A DNA stretch of 64,000 nucleotides from an uncultured Chloroflexia bacterium (lineage in GTDB: Bacteria; Chloroflexota; Limnocylindria; Limnocylindrales; CSP1-4). The stretch is from positions 384,001 to 448,000 of the forward strand of contig CAWEZH010000003.1 in assembly GCA_963813535.1 (NCBI GenBank), read 5' to 3'. Positions 1-10,588 of this stretch are shown piece by piece. The notes beneath the pieces are model-generated. The model was not told the origin of the DNA and made no database searches. It worked only from the letters and a program-made list of their open reading frames with translations. The position numbers and the translations under genes were made by a program. Position 1 is the stretch's first letter. Every line of letters starts with the position of its first letter.

Positions 1-113
1 GGTACGGGTGGCTGGGTGGGCGGTTGGGTAGGCGATGGGGTCGGCGACGGCGCCGGCGTGCAACCGAGCACCACCGACATGATCGCGCAGGTCAAGCGCA
101 ATCGCCCCCGCAT
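1..113 (-). CDS. Lipoprotein N-terminus (partial, runs off window start)
   Basis: Read manually: MRGRLRLTCAIMSVVLGC-TPAPSPTPSPTQPPTQPP, i.e. basic N-region, hydrophobic core, lipobox VLGC and a Pro/Thr linker. Confidence 0.6.
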   Translation of the reverse strand, partial: MRGRLRLTCAIMSVVLGCTPAPSPTPSPTQPPTQPPV

Positions 114-191
114 CACATGCAGTTTGACGCACCGTTCACCGTCGTGTGGCGACGTACCATGCATGCCCCCGACTATGCTTCAGAGGCCACG

Positions 192-1919
192 ATGACCGAC
201 CCCGTCTCGTCCGCCGTCCAGCCGCCCATCCTCGAGCTCGGTGACGCCGCGGGCGCCTATCGGGCGACGGTCGAGCAAGCACGCGACGGGGAGTGGGCCA
301 CCCGCCTGTTCGATCGTGACGTGACCCTCTGGACCGACGATCCCGGGATCGGGGCGGCCATCGCCGAGCGGCTCGGCTGGCTGGAAGCGCCGATCGACTT
401 CCTGGACAACATCCCGGCGCTCGAAGGATTCGGCGACGCCATCGTCGACGCCGGGGTCACCACGGCGGTCGTGGCGGGGATGGGTGGCAGCAGCCTCGCC
501 CCCGACGTCCTCCACCGGACCTTCGGGACGACCGAGGGCTACCTCGAGCTGCGCATCCTCGACTCCACCGACCCGCAGGCCGTCGGCGCCGTCCTCGACG
601 ACCTCGACCCGCTCCGGACGCTGGTGATCGTGGCCAGCAAGTCCGGCACCACCGTCGAGCCCAACGCGTTCATGGCGGCCGCCTGGGACCGCGCCGAGGG
701 CGCGCTCAAGCAGGTGCGGCACCACGTCTACGACCGGCCGGGCGAGATGTTCGTCGCGATCACCGATCCGGGCAAGAGCCTCGAGGCGATCCCGCACCGT
801 GACGACCTCCGCGAGGTGTTCCTGAACCCGCCGGATATCGGCGGCCGGTACAGCGCGCTGACCTACGTCGGGCTCTTGCCAGCCTCGCTGATCGGGCTCG
901 ACCTGGACGCCCTGCTGGCGTCCGCGTCGGCCATGCTCGGGGCCTGCCGGGAGCCGGACCCGGACGCCAATCCGGGCGTGTCGCTCGGCATCGCGATCGG
1001 CACGCTCGCCCGGGACGGCCGCGACAAGCTCACCTTCCTGCCCGACGACGAGATCTCGTCATTCGGTGCGTGGGCGGAACAGTTGATCGCCGAGAGCACG
1101 GGCAAGCACGGCGTGGGGATCGTGCCCGTGGACCTCGAGCCGCTCGGCCGGCCGGACAGCTACGGCGAGGACAGGGTCTTCGTCCGCCTCCGCCTCGATG
1201 GCGGCACGGATGGCGGTCGCGATGCGCTCGCGGACGCGCTCGAGGTCGCCGGCCAACCGGTCATCCGCATCACGATCCCCGATCCGATCGATCTCGGCGG
1301 CGAGTTCGTCCGTTGGGAGGTCGCGACGGCGATCGCCGGGGTCGTGCTCGGCATCGATCCGTTCGATCAGCCCAACGTCGAGGAGGCCAAGCAGCTGACC
1401 CGCGACGTCCTCGCGAAGGCGGAGCGGGGAGACGCGGCGGCGTCGGCCGTGCCCGCGATTCGCGCCGACGATGTCGCCCTGGCCGACCGCCTACGCGAGC
1501 ATCTCGCGCGTCGGGGATCGACCGCGTACCTCGCTCTCCAGGCGTTCATCGCTCCGACCAGCGACCGAAGTGAGGCCATGGCCCGCATCCGGGCGCGACT
1601 GCGCGACGCGACGCGCAACGCCACCACCGCCGGCTATGGCCCACGCTTCCTGCACTCGACCGGTCAGCTGCACAAGGGCGGTCCGCCGATCGGCTGGTTC
1701 CTCCAGCTCACGGCCGACCACCCGAACGACCGGCCGATCCCGGGATGGCCGTACACCTTCGGGCGCCTGATCGACGCCCAGGCCGATGGCGACCACGCCG
1801 CCATCGCGGCGCACGACCTGCCCGTCCTGCGAGTCAACCTCGGGGCCGACCCGGAGGCCGGGCTGGCCGCCCTGGAGCGCGCCATCGACGCGGCGCTCGA
1901 TACGACGACGGAGGGTTGA
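192..1919 (+). CDS. pgi: Glucose-6-phosphate isomerase (PGI domain of Tal/Pgi type)
   Basis: Motifs GMGGSSL, ASKSGTTVE, DIGGRYSAL, QLIAESTGK, PFDQPNVE, YGPRFLHSTGQLHKGG; start at MTDPV. Confidence 0.85.
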   Translation: MTDPVSSAVQPPILELGDAAGAYRATVEQARDGEWATRLFDRDVTLWTDDPGIGAAIAERLGWLEAPIDFLDNIPALEGFGDAIVDAGVTTAVVAGMGGSSLAPDVLHRTFGTTEGYLELRILDSTDPQAVGAVLDDLDPLRTLVIVASKSGTTVEPNAFMAAAWDRAEGALKQVRHHVYDRPGEMFVAITDPGKSLEAIPHRDDLREVFLNPPDIGGRYSALTYVGLLPASLIGLDLDALLASASAMLGACREPDPDANPGVSLGIAIGTLARDGRDKLTFLPDDEISSFGAWAEQLIAESTGKHGVGIVPVDLEPLGRPDSYGEDRVFVRLRLDGGTDGGRDALADALEVAGQPVIRITIPDPIDLGGEFVRWEVATAIAGVVLGIDPFDQPNVEEAKQLTRDVLAKAERGDAAASAVPAIRADDVALADRLREHLARRGSTAYLALQAFIAPTSDRSEAMARIRARLRDATRNATTAGYGPRFLHSTGQLHKGGPPIGWFLQLTADHPNDRPIPGWPYTFGRLIDAQADGDHAAIAAHDLPVLRVNLGADPEAGLAALERAIDAALDTTTEG

Positions 1920-1924
1920 CCCTG

Positions 1925-2830
1925 ATGCGGCTCGGCTTCATCGGTCTTGGTCGGATGGGCGCCAACATGGTGCGCCGGCTCGTCCGCGACGGGCACGAGA
2001 TCATCGTCTACAACCGGACGCCGGAGAAGGCGAGGGAGATCGAGGCCGAGGACGAAGGAGCCAAGGCGACCTTCTCGATCGCGGAGCTCGTGGCCGCGCT
2101 GGAGAAGCCGCGGGCCGTCTGGGTCATGGTCCCTGCCGGCGACGCCACGGAGGCGCAGATCGAGGAGCTGCTCGAGCACCTCGAGCCGGGCGATACGATC
2201 ATCGACGGGGGCAACACCAACTTCCATGACGACGTTCGGCGCCACGCCGCGCTGAAGGAGAAAGGCATCCACTACGTCGATGCCGGGACGTCGGGCGGGA
2301 TCTGGGGTCTGCAGGTGGGCTACTGCCTGATGGTCGGCGGCGATCGCGAGGCGGTAGAACCGCTCGAGCCGATCTTCACCGTGCTGGCCCCGGCCGGCGG
2401 CTATCTCCACGTCGGCGGCCCGGGCGCGGGCCACTACGTGAAGATGGTCCACAACGGCATCGAGTACGGGCTCATGCAGGCCTACGCCGAAGGCTTCGAG
2501 ATCATGCACGCGAGCGACTACGACCTCGACCTGGCGGCCGTCTCCGAGCTGTGGATGCAGGGCAGCGTCGTCCGATCGTGGCTGCTCGAGCTGCTGGGCC
2601 GGGCATTCAAGTCGAACGGCCAGGACCTCGAGCACCTCAAGGGCTGGGTCGCCGATTCGGGCGAGGGCCGCTGGACGGTCCAGGAGGCCATCGACCGCGA
2701 CGTCCCGGCGCCCGTCATCACGCTCTCGCTCCTGACCCGCTTCCGCTCCCGCCAGGACGACTCGTACGGAGGCAAGGTCCTCGCGGCTCTCCGCAACGAA
2801 TTCGGCGGCCACGCGGTGAAGACGGAGTAG
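1925..2830 (+). CDS. gnd: 6-phosphogluconate dehydrogenase (decarboxylating, short YqeC type)
   Basis: GFIGLGRMG, DGGNT, DAGTSGG, KMVHNGIEY, DSGEGRWTV, LRNEFGGH. Confidence 0.95.
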   Translation: MRLGFIGLGRMGANMVRRLVRDGHEIIVYNRTPEKAREIEAEDEGAKATFSIAELVAALEKPRAVWVMVPAGDATEAQIEELLEHLEPGDTIIDGGNTNFHDDVRRHAALKEKGIHYVDAGTSGGIWGLQVGYCLMVGGDREAVEPLEPIFTVLAPAGGYLHVGGPGAGHYVKMVHNGIEYGLMQAYAEGFEIMHASDYDLDLAAVSELWMQGSVVRSWLLELLGRAFKSNGQDLEHLKGWVADSGEGRWTVQEAIDRDVPAPVITLSLLTRFRSRQDDSYGGKVLAALRNEFGGHAVKTE

Positions 2831-2841
2831 GGGGCGGACCC

Positions 2842-4527
2842 GTGGCCGCGACGAAAGCGCCCGCCAAGGACCCGGCGCCGTCCGAAGCGCCGCCGGACGA
2901 GCACATCCCTGCCCAACCCGCGCCGCGTCCCAAGGACGCCCCGACGACGATGCGCGAGCTGCGCGAGTCGCGGCAGGGCAAGCGACCGTCCCGCGCCAAG
3001 CCCACGGAGAACGTCCTGCGCGAAGGCCTGCGCCTCGAACGCGTGCCGGACCCGGCGATCCTCGTGCTCTTCGGGGCGACCGGCGACCTCGCCCATCGCA
3101 AGGTCATCCCGGCGCTCTATCACCTGTGGCGGAACAACCTGCTGCCGCATGAATTCGTGCTGCTCGCGATCGGCCGGCGATCGTTCGACGACGACAGCTT
3201 CCGAGACGAGGTCAGGAAGTCGCTCGAAGAGTTCAGTCGCGTCCTGCCGCTGGACGAGCCTGCGTGGCGCGCGTTCAGCAAGCGGATCCACTACCAGGTG
3301 CTCGACTTCGGCGATCCGAGCGGCTTCGACGCGCTGCCGGCCACCCTTGACGAGTACGACACGGCCGATGGCACGCGCGGGAACCGCCTGTACTACCTCG
3401 CGACCCAGCCGTCGCAGTTCGCCGAGATCGTCACGCAGCTCGGGCGGGTCGGCCTGGACCACGAGCGGCACGACGGTGGTTGGCGGCGGACCGTGATCGA
3501 GAAGCCGTTCGGGTACGACCTCGAGTCGGCCAAGAAGCTGAACCGTGATATCGGCAAGGTCTTCCGCGAGTCGCAGGTCTATCGCATCGACCACTACCTC
3601 GGTAAGGAGACGGTCCGCAACCTGCTGGTCTTCCGCTTCGGGAACGGGATCTTCGAACCGCTGTGGAACCGGCGCTACGTCGATCACGTGCAGATCACGG
3701 TGGCCGAGTCGATCGGGATCGAAAGCCGGGGCCGGTTCTACGAGGAGACCGGGGCGGTCCGCGACGTCCTCCAGAACCACCTGCTGCAGCTCGTCAGTCT
3801 CGTGGCGATGGAACCGCCGGCGACCTTCGAGGCCAACGCCCTGCGCGACGAGAAGGTCAAGGTCCTGCGTGCCATCGGGACCCACCCGGCCGACCCGGCG
3901 ACGGAGGTGGTACGGGGCCAGTACGGGCCCGGCTGGGTCGCGGGGCAGCCGGTCCCGGGCTATCGCGAGGAGCCCGAGGTCGACCCCGAATCAGAGACCG
4001 AGACCTACGTCGCTGCCCGACTCACGATCGACGACTGGCGCTGGTCGGGTGTCCCGTTCTACGTCCGGACCGGCAAGCACCTTCCCAAGCGCTCGACCGA
4101 GATCGCGATCCAGTTCCGCGCGGTCCCGCACCACCTCTTCCGCGACACGGCCGCGGAACCTGATGCGAATCTGCTGGCGATGCGCATCCAGCCGGACGAG
4201 GGCATCATGCTGCGCTTCGGGGCCAAGGTCCCGGGTCTCGGGCTCGACGTCCGATCGGTGACGATGGATTTCACCTACGGCTCGGCGTTCAGCGTCGACT
4301 CCCCGGACGCGTACGAGACGCTCATCCTCGACGCCCTCCAGGGCGATGCGTCGCTGTTCACCCGCGCCGACGAGGTCGAGGAGGCGTGGGGCATCGTCGA
4401 CCCGTACATCCAGGCATGGGCGAATGGCCCGCCGCCCGACTTCCCGAATTACGAAGCGGGCACCTGGGGGCCGGCCGCATCCGATGAGATGCTGGCTCGC
4501 GAGGGCCGCCGATGGAGGCGGATCTGA
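2842..4527 (+). CDS. zwf: Glucose-6-phosphate 1-dehydrogenase with Pro-rich N-terminal extension
   Basis: FGATGDLA, EKPFG, RIDHYLGKE, WSGVPFYVRTGK; GTG start inferred. Confidence 0.95.
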   Translation: MAATKAPAKDPAPSEAPPDEHIPAQPAPRPKDAPTTMRELRESRQGKRPSRAKPTENVLREGLRLERVPDPAILVLFGATGDLAHRKVIPALYHLWRNNLLPHEFVLLAIGRRSFDDDSFRDEVRKSLEEFSRVLPLDEPAWRAFSKRIHYQVLDFGDPSGFDALPATLDEYDTADGTRGNRLYYLATQPSQFAEIVTQLGRVGLDHERHDGGWRRTVIEKPFGYDLESAKKLNRDIGKVFRESQVYRIDHYLGKETVRNLLVFRFGNGIFEPLWNRRYVDHVQITVAESIGIESRGRFYEETGAVRDVLQNHLLQLVSLVAMEPPATFEANALRDEKVKVLRAIGTHPADPATEVVRGQYGPGWVAGQPVPGYREEPEVDPESETETYVAARLTIDDWRWSGVPFYVRTGKHLPKRSTEIAIQFRAVPHHLFRDTAAEPDANLLAMRIQPDEGIMLRFGAKVPGLGLDVRSVTMDFTYGSAFSVDSPDAYETLILDALQGDASLFTRADEVEEAWGIVDPYIQAWANGPPPDFPNYEAGTWGPAASDEMLAREGRRWRRI

Positions 4528-4531
4528 TGCG

Positions 4532-5798
4532 ATGACCGCCGCCGCCGAGCCGATCGCCGTCAACGAGCCGGTCCTGCGCTGGTCGGCGCGCGCTCGAAGC
4601 ATCGCCGACGTCGAGAAGGAACTGGCACGGATCTGGGCGAAGCAGGACCTGACGACCGAGGTCGATGGCCAGCCGGGTCGCCATGTCGCCGCGCGCACGA
4701 GCGTGATGAACCTCGTCGTGATCGCTCGGCGGCCCGAGATCGCGGAACGCGGAGCGGCCACGATCCAGGCCCTCACCGGCAAGCATCCCTCGCGGACGAT
4801 CGTCGTCCAGTCGGCCGACCCGGATGGCCCATCCTGGATCGACGCTCGCGTCGAAGCGCACTGCATCATGCCGCGAGAAGATGCTCCCGAGACGTGTGCC
4901 GAGACCATCCACCTGACCGCGGGCGGCGAGGCGGGCCGTCATCTCGCTGCGATCGTCACGCCGTTGGTGATCCACGACCTGCCGGTCACGGTCTGGTGGC
5001 CGGGCGAGCCGCCATTCGCCTCGCGAGCCTCGCTCGACCTGTTCAAGGCGGCCGACCGCCTGGTCGTCGACGGCTCGACGTGGAACGGCGACGGGCTCGC
5101 CCGACTCGGGGAGCTGGCCGCGACCGCGGAAACGACCGAGATCGCGGTGAGCGACTTCGCCATGGTCCGCCAGTCTCGCTGGCGCGAGGCGATCGCGTCG
5201 ATCTTCGACGACCCGGACTTCCTGCCGTACCTCCGCTCGCTGCGGCGCATCGCGGTCACGTACGCGACACACGACGAGTCCGGCGCCCCTGGCTCGACCA
5301 ACCTCGTCAAGCCCGTGTACCACGTCGCGTGGCTGGCGTCGCGCCTCGGGTTCAGCGTCGTCAAGCCGCTGGCGCTTGTCACAGGCGGCGGTCACGCGCC
5401 GGCGTCGAAGGCGCGGTCTGGGTCGGGCACACGCCCGGCCGTGAGTCGCGGGATGGCGGCGACGCTGTCCGACGGCCGCGCCGAGGTGGGCATCGTGATC
5501 CGTCCGGTCGTCTCGCCGATGCCGTCTGGGACCACCCTGCGTATCGAGCTGCTGTGCGATCGGCGGGGGTCCGAGCTGCGGGCGGACGTCACGGCCGAAG
5601 CCGAGACCGTCCACGTCCGGGTGTGGCAGGACGGCGTCGAGTGCCTGGAGCGGCACTTCCTCGCCGCCCGGCGCGGCGACGTCGATCTCCTCGCCGAAGC
5701 GATCGAAGCGGGCCGCCGCGACCTCGTCTCGGCCGGGACCTTGCGGATGGCAGCCAAGCTGGTCGACGGCGGATCCGAAAGGGGCGCGCGCGTCGTGA
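4532..5798 (+). CDS. opcA: G6PD assembly/effector protein OpcA (3' end uncertain, frame disturbance at pgl junction)
   Basis: Directly after zwf; RTSVMNLVV, HPSRTI, DLPVTVWWPG, DRLVVD, RWREAIASIFD. Confidence 0.85.
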
Positions 5799-6596
5799 GC
5801 GGGACCCGAGATCGTCGTCGTTCCGGATGCTGCGGAGGCCTCGCGCCGGGCGGCCGAGGTGATCGCCGGGGCCCTCCGGGAGCGGGTCGCGGCGGTGGGC
5901 CGCGCCGACTGGGTGACGACCGGCGGTTCGACACCGATCGGCGTCTACAACCAGATGGTCGAGATGGGACCCGGAGCCATCCCATGGGATGCAGTCCACA
6001 CCTGGTGGGGCGACGAGCGGTTCGTCCCGGCCGACCATCCCCTCTCGAACGCCCGCCCGTTCGAGGACATCCTTCTCGAGGCAGGAGCATGGGAGAGCGG
6101 CCATTCGGACGACGATCGCGGCCGTACGCTCGTACCCGCCGCGAACGTCCATCCGTTCCGGACGGGCAGAGCGATCGGGGCTGATGGCAGCGCCGACGAC
6201 TGTGCAGCGTGGCTCGAGGAGGAGCTTCGCTCGGCCGAGCTGGAGGAGCGCGACGGATGGCCCGTGTTCGACCTCATGTTCGTCGGGGTCGGGGGCGATG
6301 GCCACATCCTCTCGGTGTTCCCCGGGTCGTCGGCGTTCGACTCGACGCGCTGGGCGATGGCCATCCCGGCCCCGACCCACATCGAGCCGCACGTCCCCAG
6401 GGTGACGCTGAACCCGGCGACCGTCGGCGTGGCGAGGCGCGTCCTGGCCGTCGTGCTGGGTGGATCCAAGTCGGAGGTGGTCGGGCGGCTATTCGATGGG
6501 GAACGGGACCCGGCCGCACTGCCAGCGCAGCTCGCGATCCGCGACGGGGCGACCTGGATCCTCGACGAGGCCGCCGCCGCCGACCTGCGACGGTGA
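5795..6596 (+). CDS. pgl: 6-phosphogluconolactonase (probable +1 indel just after GTG start)
   Basis: TGGSTP, WGDERFVP..HP.SN, GVGGDGHILSVFP, RVTL; removing one G near 5801 gives MSGPEIVVVPD. Confidence 0.9.
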
Positions 6597-7066
6597 CGGC
6601 CGCCGCCGCCGAGCGGCTGGTCATCCGGCGCGCGACCGCAGACGACGCGACCGGCATCGGCGATGTGTGGCTCACGTCCTGGCGCGCGACCTTCGACTTC
6701 CCGCCGTCCCACCCCGACGACGACGTGCGGCGCTGGCTGAGCCAGGAGCTCGTGCCACGGTCAGAAGCGTGGGTCGCCACCGATCCGACCGCCGACGGCC
6801 GGGTGGTGGCGCTGATGGCACTGTCCGACGACAAGGTCGAGCAGCTGTACGTCGCGCCCGACTGGATCGGACATGGGGTCGGGCGGCGGCTGATCGAGCT
6901 CGCAAAGCGTCGGCGTCCGGAGGCCATCGAGCTGTATTGCTTCCAGGTCAATGCCCGGGCGCGGCGGTTCTACGAGCATCACGGGTTCGTGCCGGTCCGG
7001 TACGGCGACGGGTCGGCCAACGAAGAGCGCCAGCCGGACGTGCTCTATCGATGGCAGCCGAGCTGA
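6593..7066 (+). CDS. GNAT family N-acetyltransferase
   Basis: IRRATADD, QLYVAPDWIGHGVGRRL, NARARRFYEHHGF; GTGA overlap with pgl. Confidence 0.85.
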   Translation: MTAAAAERLVIRRATADDATGIGDVWLTSWRATFDFPPSHPDDDVRRWLSQELVPRSEAWVATDPTADGRVVALMALSDDKVEQLYVAPDWIGHGVGRRLIELAKRRRPEAIELYCFQVNARARRFYEHHGFVPVRYGDGSANEERQPDVLYRWQPS

Positions 7067-7881
7067 CGTCGACGCCCGCCCGGGTCGTCGCGTCGCGCGA
7101 TGGGACGCCGATCGCGGTCTTCAGCAGCGGTGATGGCCCGCCGCTCGTCCTGGTCCACGGTGCGGCCGCCGACCACACCACGTTCCGGGTCATCGGCCCA
7201 CGGCTCGCCAGCCGCTACACGGTCCACGCGATCGACCGGCGGGGTCGCGGCCGGTCGGGCGACACGCTGCCCTACGAGATCGAACGCGAGTTCGAGGACG
7301 TGGCCGCCGTCGCGGAGTCGGTCGCCAAGGGAACCGCGGGCGGCGTCGCCGTGATCGGTCATTCCTACGGCGGGCGCTGTGCCTTGGGCGCGGCGCTCTT
7401 GACCGATGCCATCGACCGGGTCGTGTCCTACGAAGGAGCACCGACCCCGCCGGGCGTGGAGTACGGCGACGCGACGTTGGCCGACGAGCTCGCGACGCTC
7501 GCCGCGGCCGGCCAGGACGACCTCGTGCTGGAGACGTTCGTCCGCCGCGTGGTCGGCATGGATGACGCGGCCATCGCCGCCTATCGCGCCGATCCGGTGT
7601 GGCCGCTGCGAGTCGCCGCGGCGCACACCATCCCGCGCGAGCTCGTCGCCGAAGGCCGCGCGGGCGCCGCTGGTCTCGACGTCCTGGCTCGGGTCCGTCA
7701 ACCGGTGCTCCAGGTGCTCGGCGGCGACAGCCTGCCGTCGTTCGCCGAGGCCACGACGGCATTGCACGACCGGCTCATCGACGGCCGGATCGTGGTCATC
7801 CCGGGCGCCCGCCACGCCGCCCACCACACCCATCCCGACGCGTTGATCGAGGCGATCGACACGTTCCTGGCCGGCGGCTGA
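7051..7881 (+). CDS. Alpha/beta fold hydrolase
   Basis: LVLVHG, DRRGRGRS, GHSYGG nucleophile elbow, C-terminal His. Confidence 0.9.
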   Translation: MAAELTSTPARVVASRDGTPIAVFSSGDGPPLVLVHGAAADHTTFRVIGPRLASRYTVHAIDRRGRGRSGDTLPYEIEREFEDVAAVAESVAKGTAGGVAVIGHSYGGRCALGAALLTDAIDRVVSYEGAPTPPGVEYGDATLADELATLAAAGQDDLVLETFVRRVVGMDDAAIAAYRADPVWPLRVAAAHTIPRELVAEGRAGAAGLDVLARVRQPVLQVLGGDSLPSFAEATTALHDRLIDGRIVVIPGARHAAHHTHPDALIEAIDTFLAGG

Positions 7882-7918
7882 ACCACGTCGACAGGTGTGA
7901 GCGTGGGATACTCGGAAC

Positions 7919-8179
7919 ATGCCTGACTTCGGCCTCATCGAGTGGATCGTCGTCGGTCTGATCGCCGGGGCGATCTCCGGCGCCGTCGTCGGCGGGCGGA
8001 CGGCGCGGGGCTGCCTGCCCAACATCGTGGTCGGCATCGTCGGTGGTGTCATCGGCGGCTGGCTGGCCCAGCAGATGGGCTTCGGGCCGGTGAACGGGCT
8101 GATCGCGGTCATCGTCGTCGCGACGCTCGGGTCGATCGTCGTACGGCTCATCCTCAACGCCATGGACGGCAGGTCGTGA
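7919..8179 (+). CDS. GlsB/YeaQ/YmgE (transglycosylase-associated) membrane protein
   Basis: WIVVGLIAGAI...NIVVGIVGGVIGGWL pattern, 86 aa. Confidence 0.85.
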   Translation: MPDFGLIEWIVVGLIAGAISGAVVGGRTARGCLPNIVVGIVGGVIGGWLAQQMGFGPVNGLIAVIVVATLGSIVVRLILNAMDGRS

Positions 8180-9312
8180 CCGATTCGCCGCCGGCCGACG
8201 CTCCGACCGAGACCTCGGTCCAGGCGACACGGCCCTACTCCCCGGGCCTCGAGGGCGTCATCGCCGGCGAGACCAGCCTCTCGTACATCGACGGTGCGGC
8301 GGGTCGCCTGCTGTACCGCGGGTACCGCATCGGCGACCTCGTCGAGCGCGGCACCTACCCAGCCGTCGCGAACCTGCTCTGGACCGGGGAGTGGGACGCG
8401 TCGCACCGTCTCGCGACCGCCCCCGTGCCGCCGACCGTCCTCGACGTGCTTCGGGCGATGCCAGCGGATACGAAGCCGATGGACGCGCTGCGGACCGCGG
8501 TCTCGGCGTGGGGCGCCACGCAGGACCTGCCCTGGCCGCCGACCGTGGAGCAGGCACGGGCGCTGACGGCCTTCTCGCCGTCGGCGCTCGCGGCGTTCGC
8601 GCGGATGCGATCCGGCAAGGACCCCATCGAGCCCGACCCGGAGCTGGGCCTCACGGCCGGCTTCCTGTACCAGCTCACCGGGGAGCGGCCCGAGCCTGGC
8701 ACCGCCCGGGCGCTGGATGCCTACTTCATCGTCGGTGCCGAGCACAGCTTCAACGCCTCCACGTTCACGGCACGCGTCATCGCGTCGACCCGCTCGGATA
8801 TCGCCTCGGCGGTGGCGGGAGCGATCGGGACGATGAAGGGACCACTCCACGGCGGCGCCCCGTCGGAGGTGGTCGACCAGCTGTCACAGGTCGGTTCGGC
8901 CGAGCACGCCGAGGCATGGATCCGCGAGACGCTCGAGAAGGGCGAACGCCTCATGGGCTTCGGGCACCGCGTGTACCGCGCATACGACCCACGGGCCGCG
9001 GCGCTGCGCACCGTCGCGGAGGGCATGGAGCACAAGCCGGAGTGGCTCAAGCTGGCGACCGAGGTCGAGGATGTCGCGCTGCGGATCCTCGCGGAGAAGC
9101 ACCCCGAACGACCGATCCGGACCAATGTGGAGTTCTACGCGGCGCCCGTCCTCATGGGCGTCGGGCTGTCGCCCGACCTGTTCCCGGCCACGTTCTCGCT
9201 TTCGCGCCACGCCGGCTGGACGGCCCACGTCCTCGAGCAGGCCGCCAACAACCGACTGATCCGGCCGGACGTGAACTACGTCGGCCCAGACGAGCGCGAC
9301 CTCCCGGGTTGA
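8176..9312 (+). CDS. Citrate/2-methylcitrate synthase
   Basis: GLEGV, LLYRGY, EHSFNASTF, GPLHGGA, MGFGHRVY, NVEFY. Confidence 0.92.
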   Translation: MTDSPPADAPTETSVQATRPYSPGLEGVIAGETSLSYIDGAAGRLLYRGYRIGDLVERGTYPAVANLLWTGEWDASHRLATAPVPPTVLDVLRAMPADTKPMDALRTAVSAWGATQDLPWPPTVEQARALTAFSPSALAAFARMRSGKDPIEPDPELGLTAGFLYQLTGERPEPGTARALDAYFIVGAEHSFNASTFTARVIASTRSDIASAVAGAIGTMKGPLHGGAPSEVVDQLSQVGSAEHAEAWIRETLEKGERLMGFGHRVYRAYDPRAAALRTVAEGMEHKPEWLKLATEVEDVALRILAEKHPERPIRTNVEFYAAPVLMGVGLSPDLFPATFSLSRHAGWTAHVLEQAANNRLIRPDVNYVGPDERDLPG

Positions 9313-9316
9313 CCCG

Positions 9317-10426
9317 TCACCCGGCCGGAGCGGTCTCCAGCGCCCGGCCACGACGCGCGGCGGTCGCTCGCTCCACGATGCGGTCGACGACATACGCCGC
9401 GTCGCGGGATGCGCCGTCGATGAGCATCGACGTGAGGCCGTACTGGAAGGGGACGCCGAGGAAATACAGCCCGGTCGTCGATGCGACGCCGCGATGCTGG
9501 ATCGGCCATCCGTCGGCGGCGAGCTCGGCAGGCTCGACCCAGGCGTAGTCGGGTCGGAAACCCGTCGCCCAGATGACGTTCGCGACGTCCACGACGGCAC
9601 CATCCTCGAGGACCGGCATGCCGTCACGCACACCCGAGATCCTGGCCCCGTGCAGCTCTACGCCCGCCTGCCAGAGCTCGGATCGGCGCACACGCAGCAG
9701 GGGTGCCGGGAGCACGCGCGAGGTCGCCGACGCTCGACGGCCGATCGGCGTGCGGATCGTGAGCACGTGCTGCTCGACGAACGCGAGTAGTGGCAGGAAC
9801 AGTCGAGCACGCCACGTGTCGAGCACGGGGAACGGCAGTTCGCCGTGCGGCGTGCCGGAGAGGATCGTCCGATGGGTGGCGGCCACCTCGAACGCGATGT
9901 CAGCCCCGGAGTGCCCGACCCCGACGACCAGGACCGGCCCGTCGGCGAGCTGTGACCGGTTTCGATACTCGCTGGAGTGGATCTGACGGATCGCCGGGTC
10001 GAGCCGACCGGCGACGTCCGGGATCCTCGGCCGCGAGAACGCGCCGGTCGCCACGATCACCTGGCGCGCCCGGATCCGGCCGACGGGCAGCACCGCGATC
10101 AGGTCGTCGCTGCCGTCCTCCGACCGGATCAGGCGCTCGATCCGCGTGTCCATCCGGACGGGGAACCTGGACGCGGCCGCGTACGCCTCGAGGTAGTCCC
10201 CCATCTGGCGTCCCGTCGGGGAGCTCCATCCCGGCGCGGGGAACGGCATGCCCGGGAGCGCGTCCCAGCGAGCCGGACTGAACAGACGAAGCGAGTCATA
10301 GCGGTGACGCCACTGGTCGCCGATCCGCTCGCTCGCATCGACGATGAGGAACGAACGGCCGTGCCTCGACAGGTGGTAGGCCGCAGCCAGGCCCGTCTGC
10401 CCCGCGCCGATGATCAATGTGTCCAC
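9317..10426 (-). CDS. Flavin-containing monooxygenase (CzcO/TrkA-like flavoprotein)
   Basis: IIGAGQTG, WRHRYDSL, ATG, IHSSEYRN, VGVGHSG, IWATGF; SD-preceded GTG at 10454 is one base out of frame. Confidence 0.85.
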   Translation of the reverse strand: MDTLIIGAGQTGLAAAYHLSRHGRSFLIVDASERIGDQWRHRYDSLRLFSPARWDALPGMPFPAPGWSSPTGRQMGDYLEAYAAASRFPVRMDTRIERLIRSEDGSDDLIAVLPVGRIRARQVIVATGAFSRPRIPDVAGRLDPAIRQIHSSEYRNRSQLADGPVLVVGVGHSGADIAFEVAATHRTILSGTPHGELPFPVLDTWRARLFLPLLAFVEQHVLTIRTPIGRRASATSRVLPAPLLRVRRSELWQAGVELHGARISGVRDGMPVLEDGAVVDVANVIWATGFRPDYAWVEPAELAADGWPIQHRGVASTTGLYFLGVPFQYGLTSMLIDGASRDAAYVVDRIVERATAARRGRALETAPAG

Positions 10427-10508
10427 TCGTTCGGGTGCGCTCGGTCGGATCCACGCTGGCCTCCCGCTGTCTGTCGGAGGCGACCGACAGGGCCGGTCGC
10501 CGTCGACG

Positions 10509-10554
10509 ACGCTAGGCGCGCGCGGGCGGACGGCGCATCCGCCGAACTACCCAA
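10509..10554 (-). promoter_or_regulatory. Putative LuxR-family operator plus -10 (TAGCGT) for the monooxygenase
   Basis: TTGGGTAGTTCGGCGGATGC followed by CCTAGCGT between the LuxR gene and its downstream gene; function inferred from position. Confidence 0.3.
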
Positions 10555-10588
10555 AGTGTTCGCCGACGACGAATGGGTACCGGGCGGG

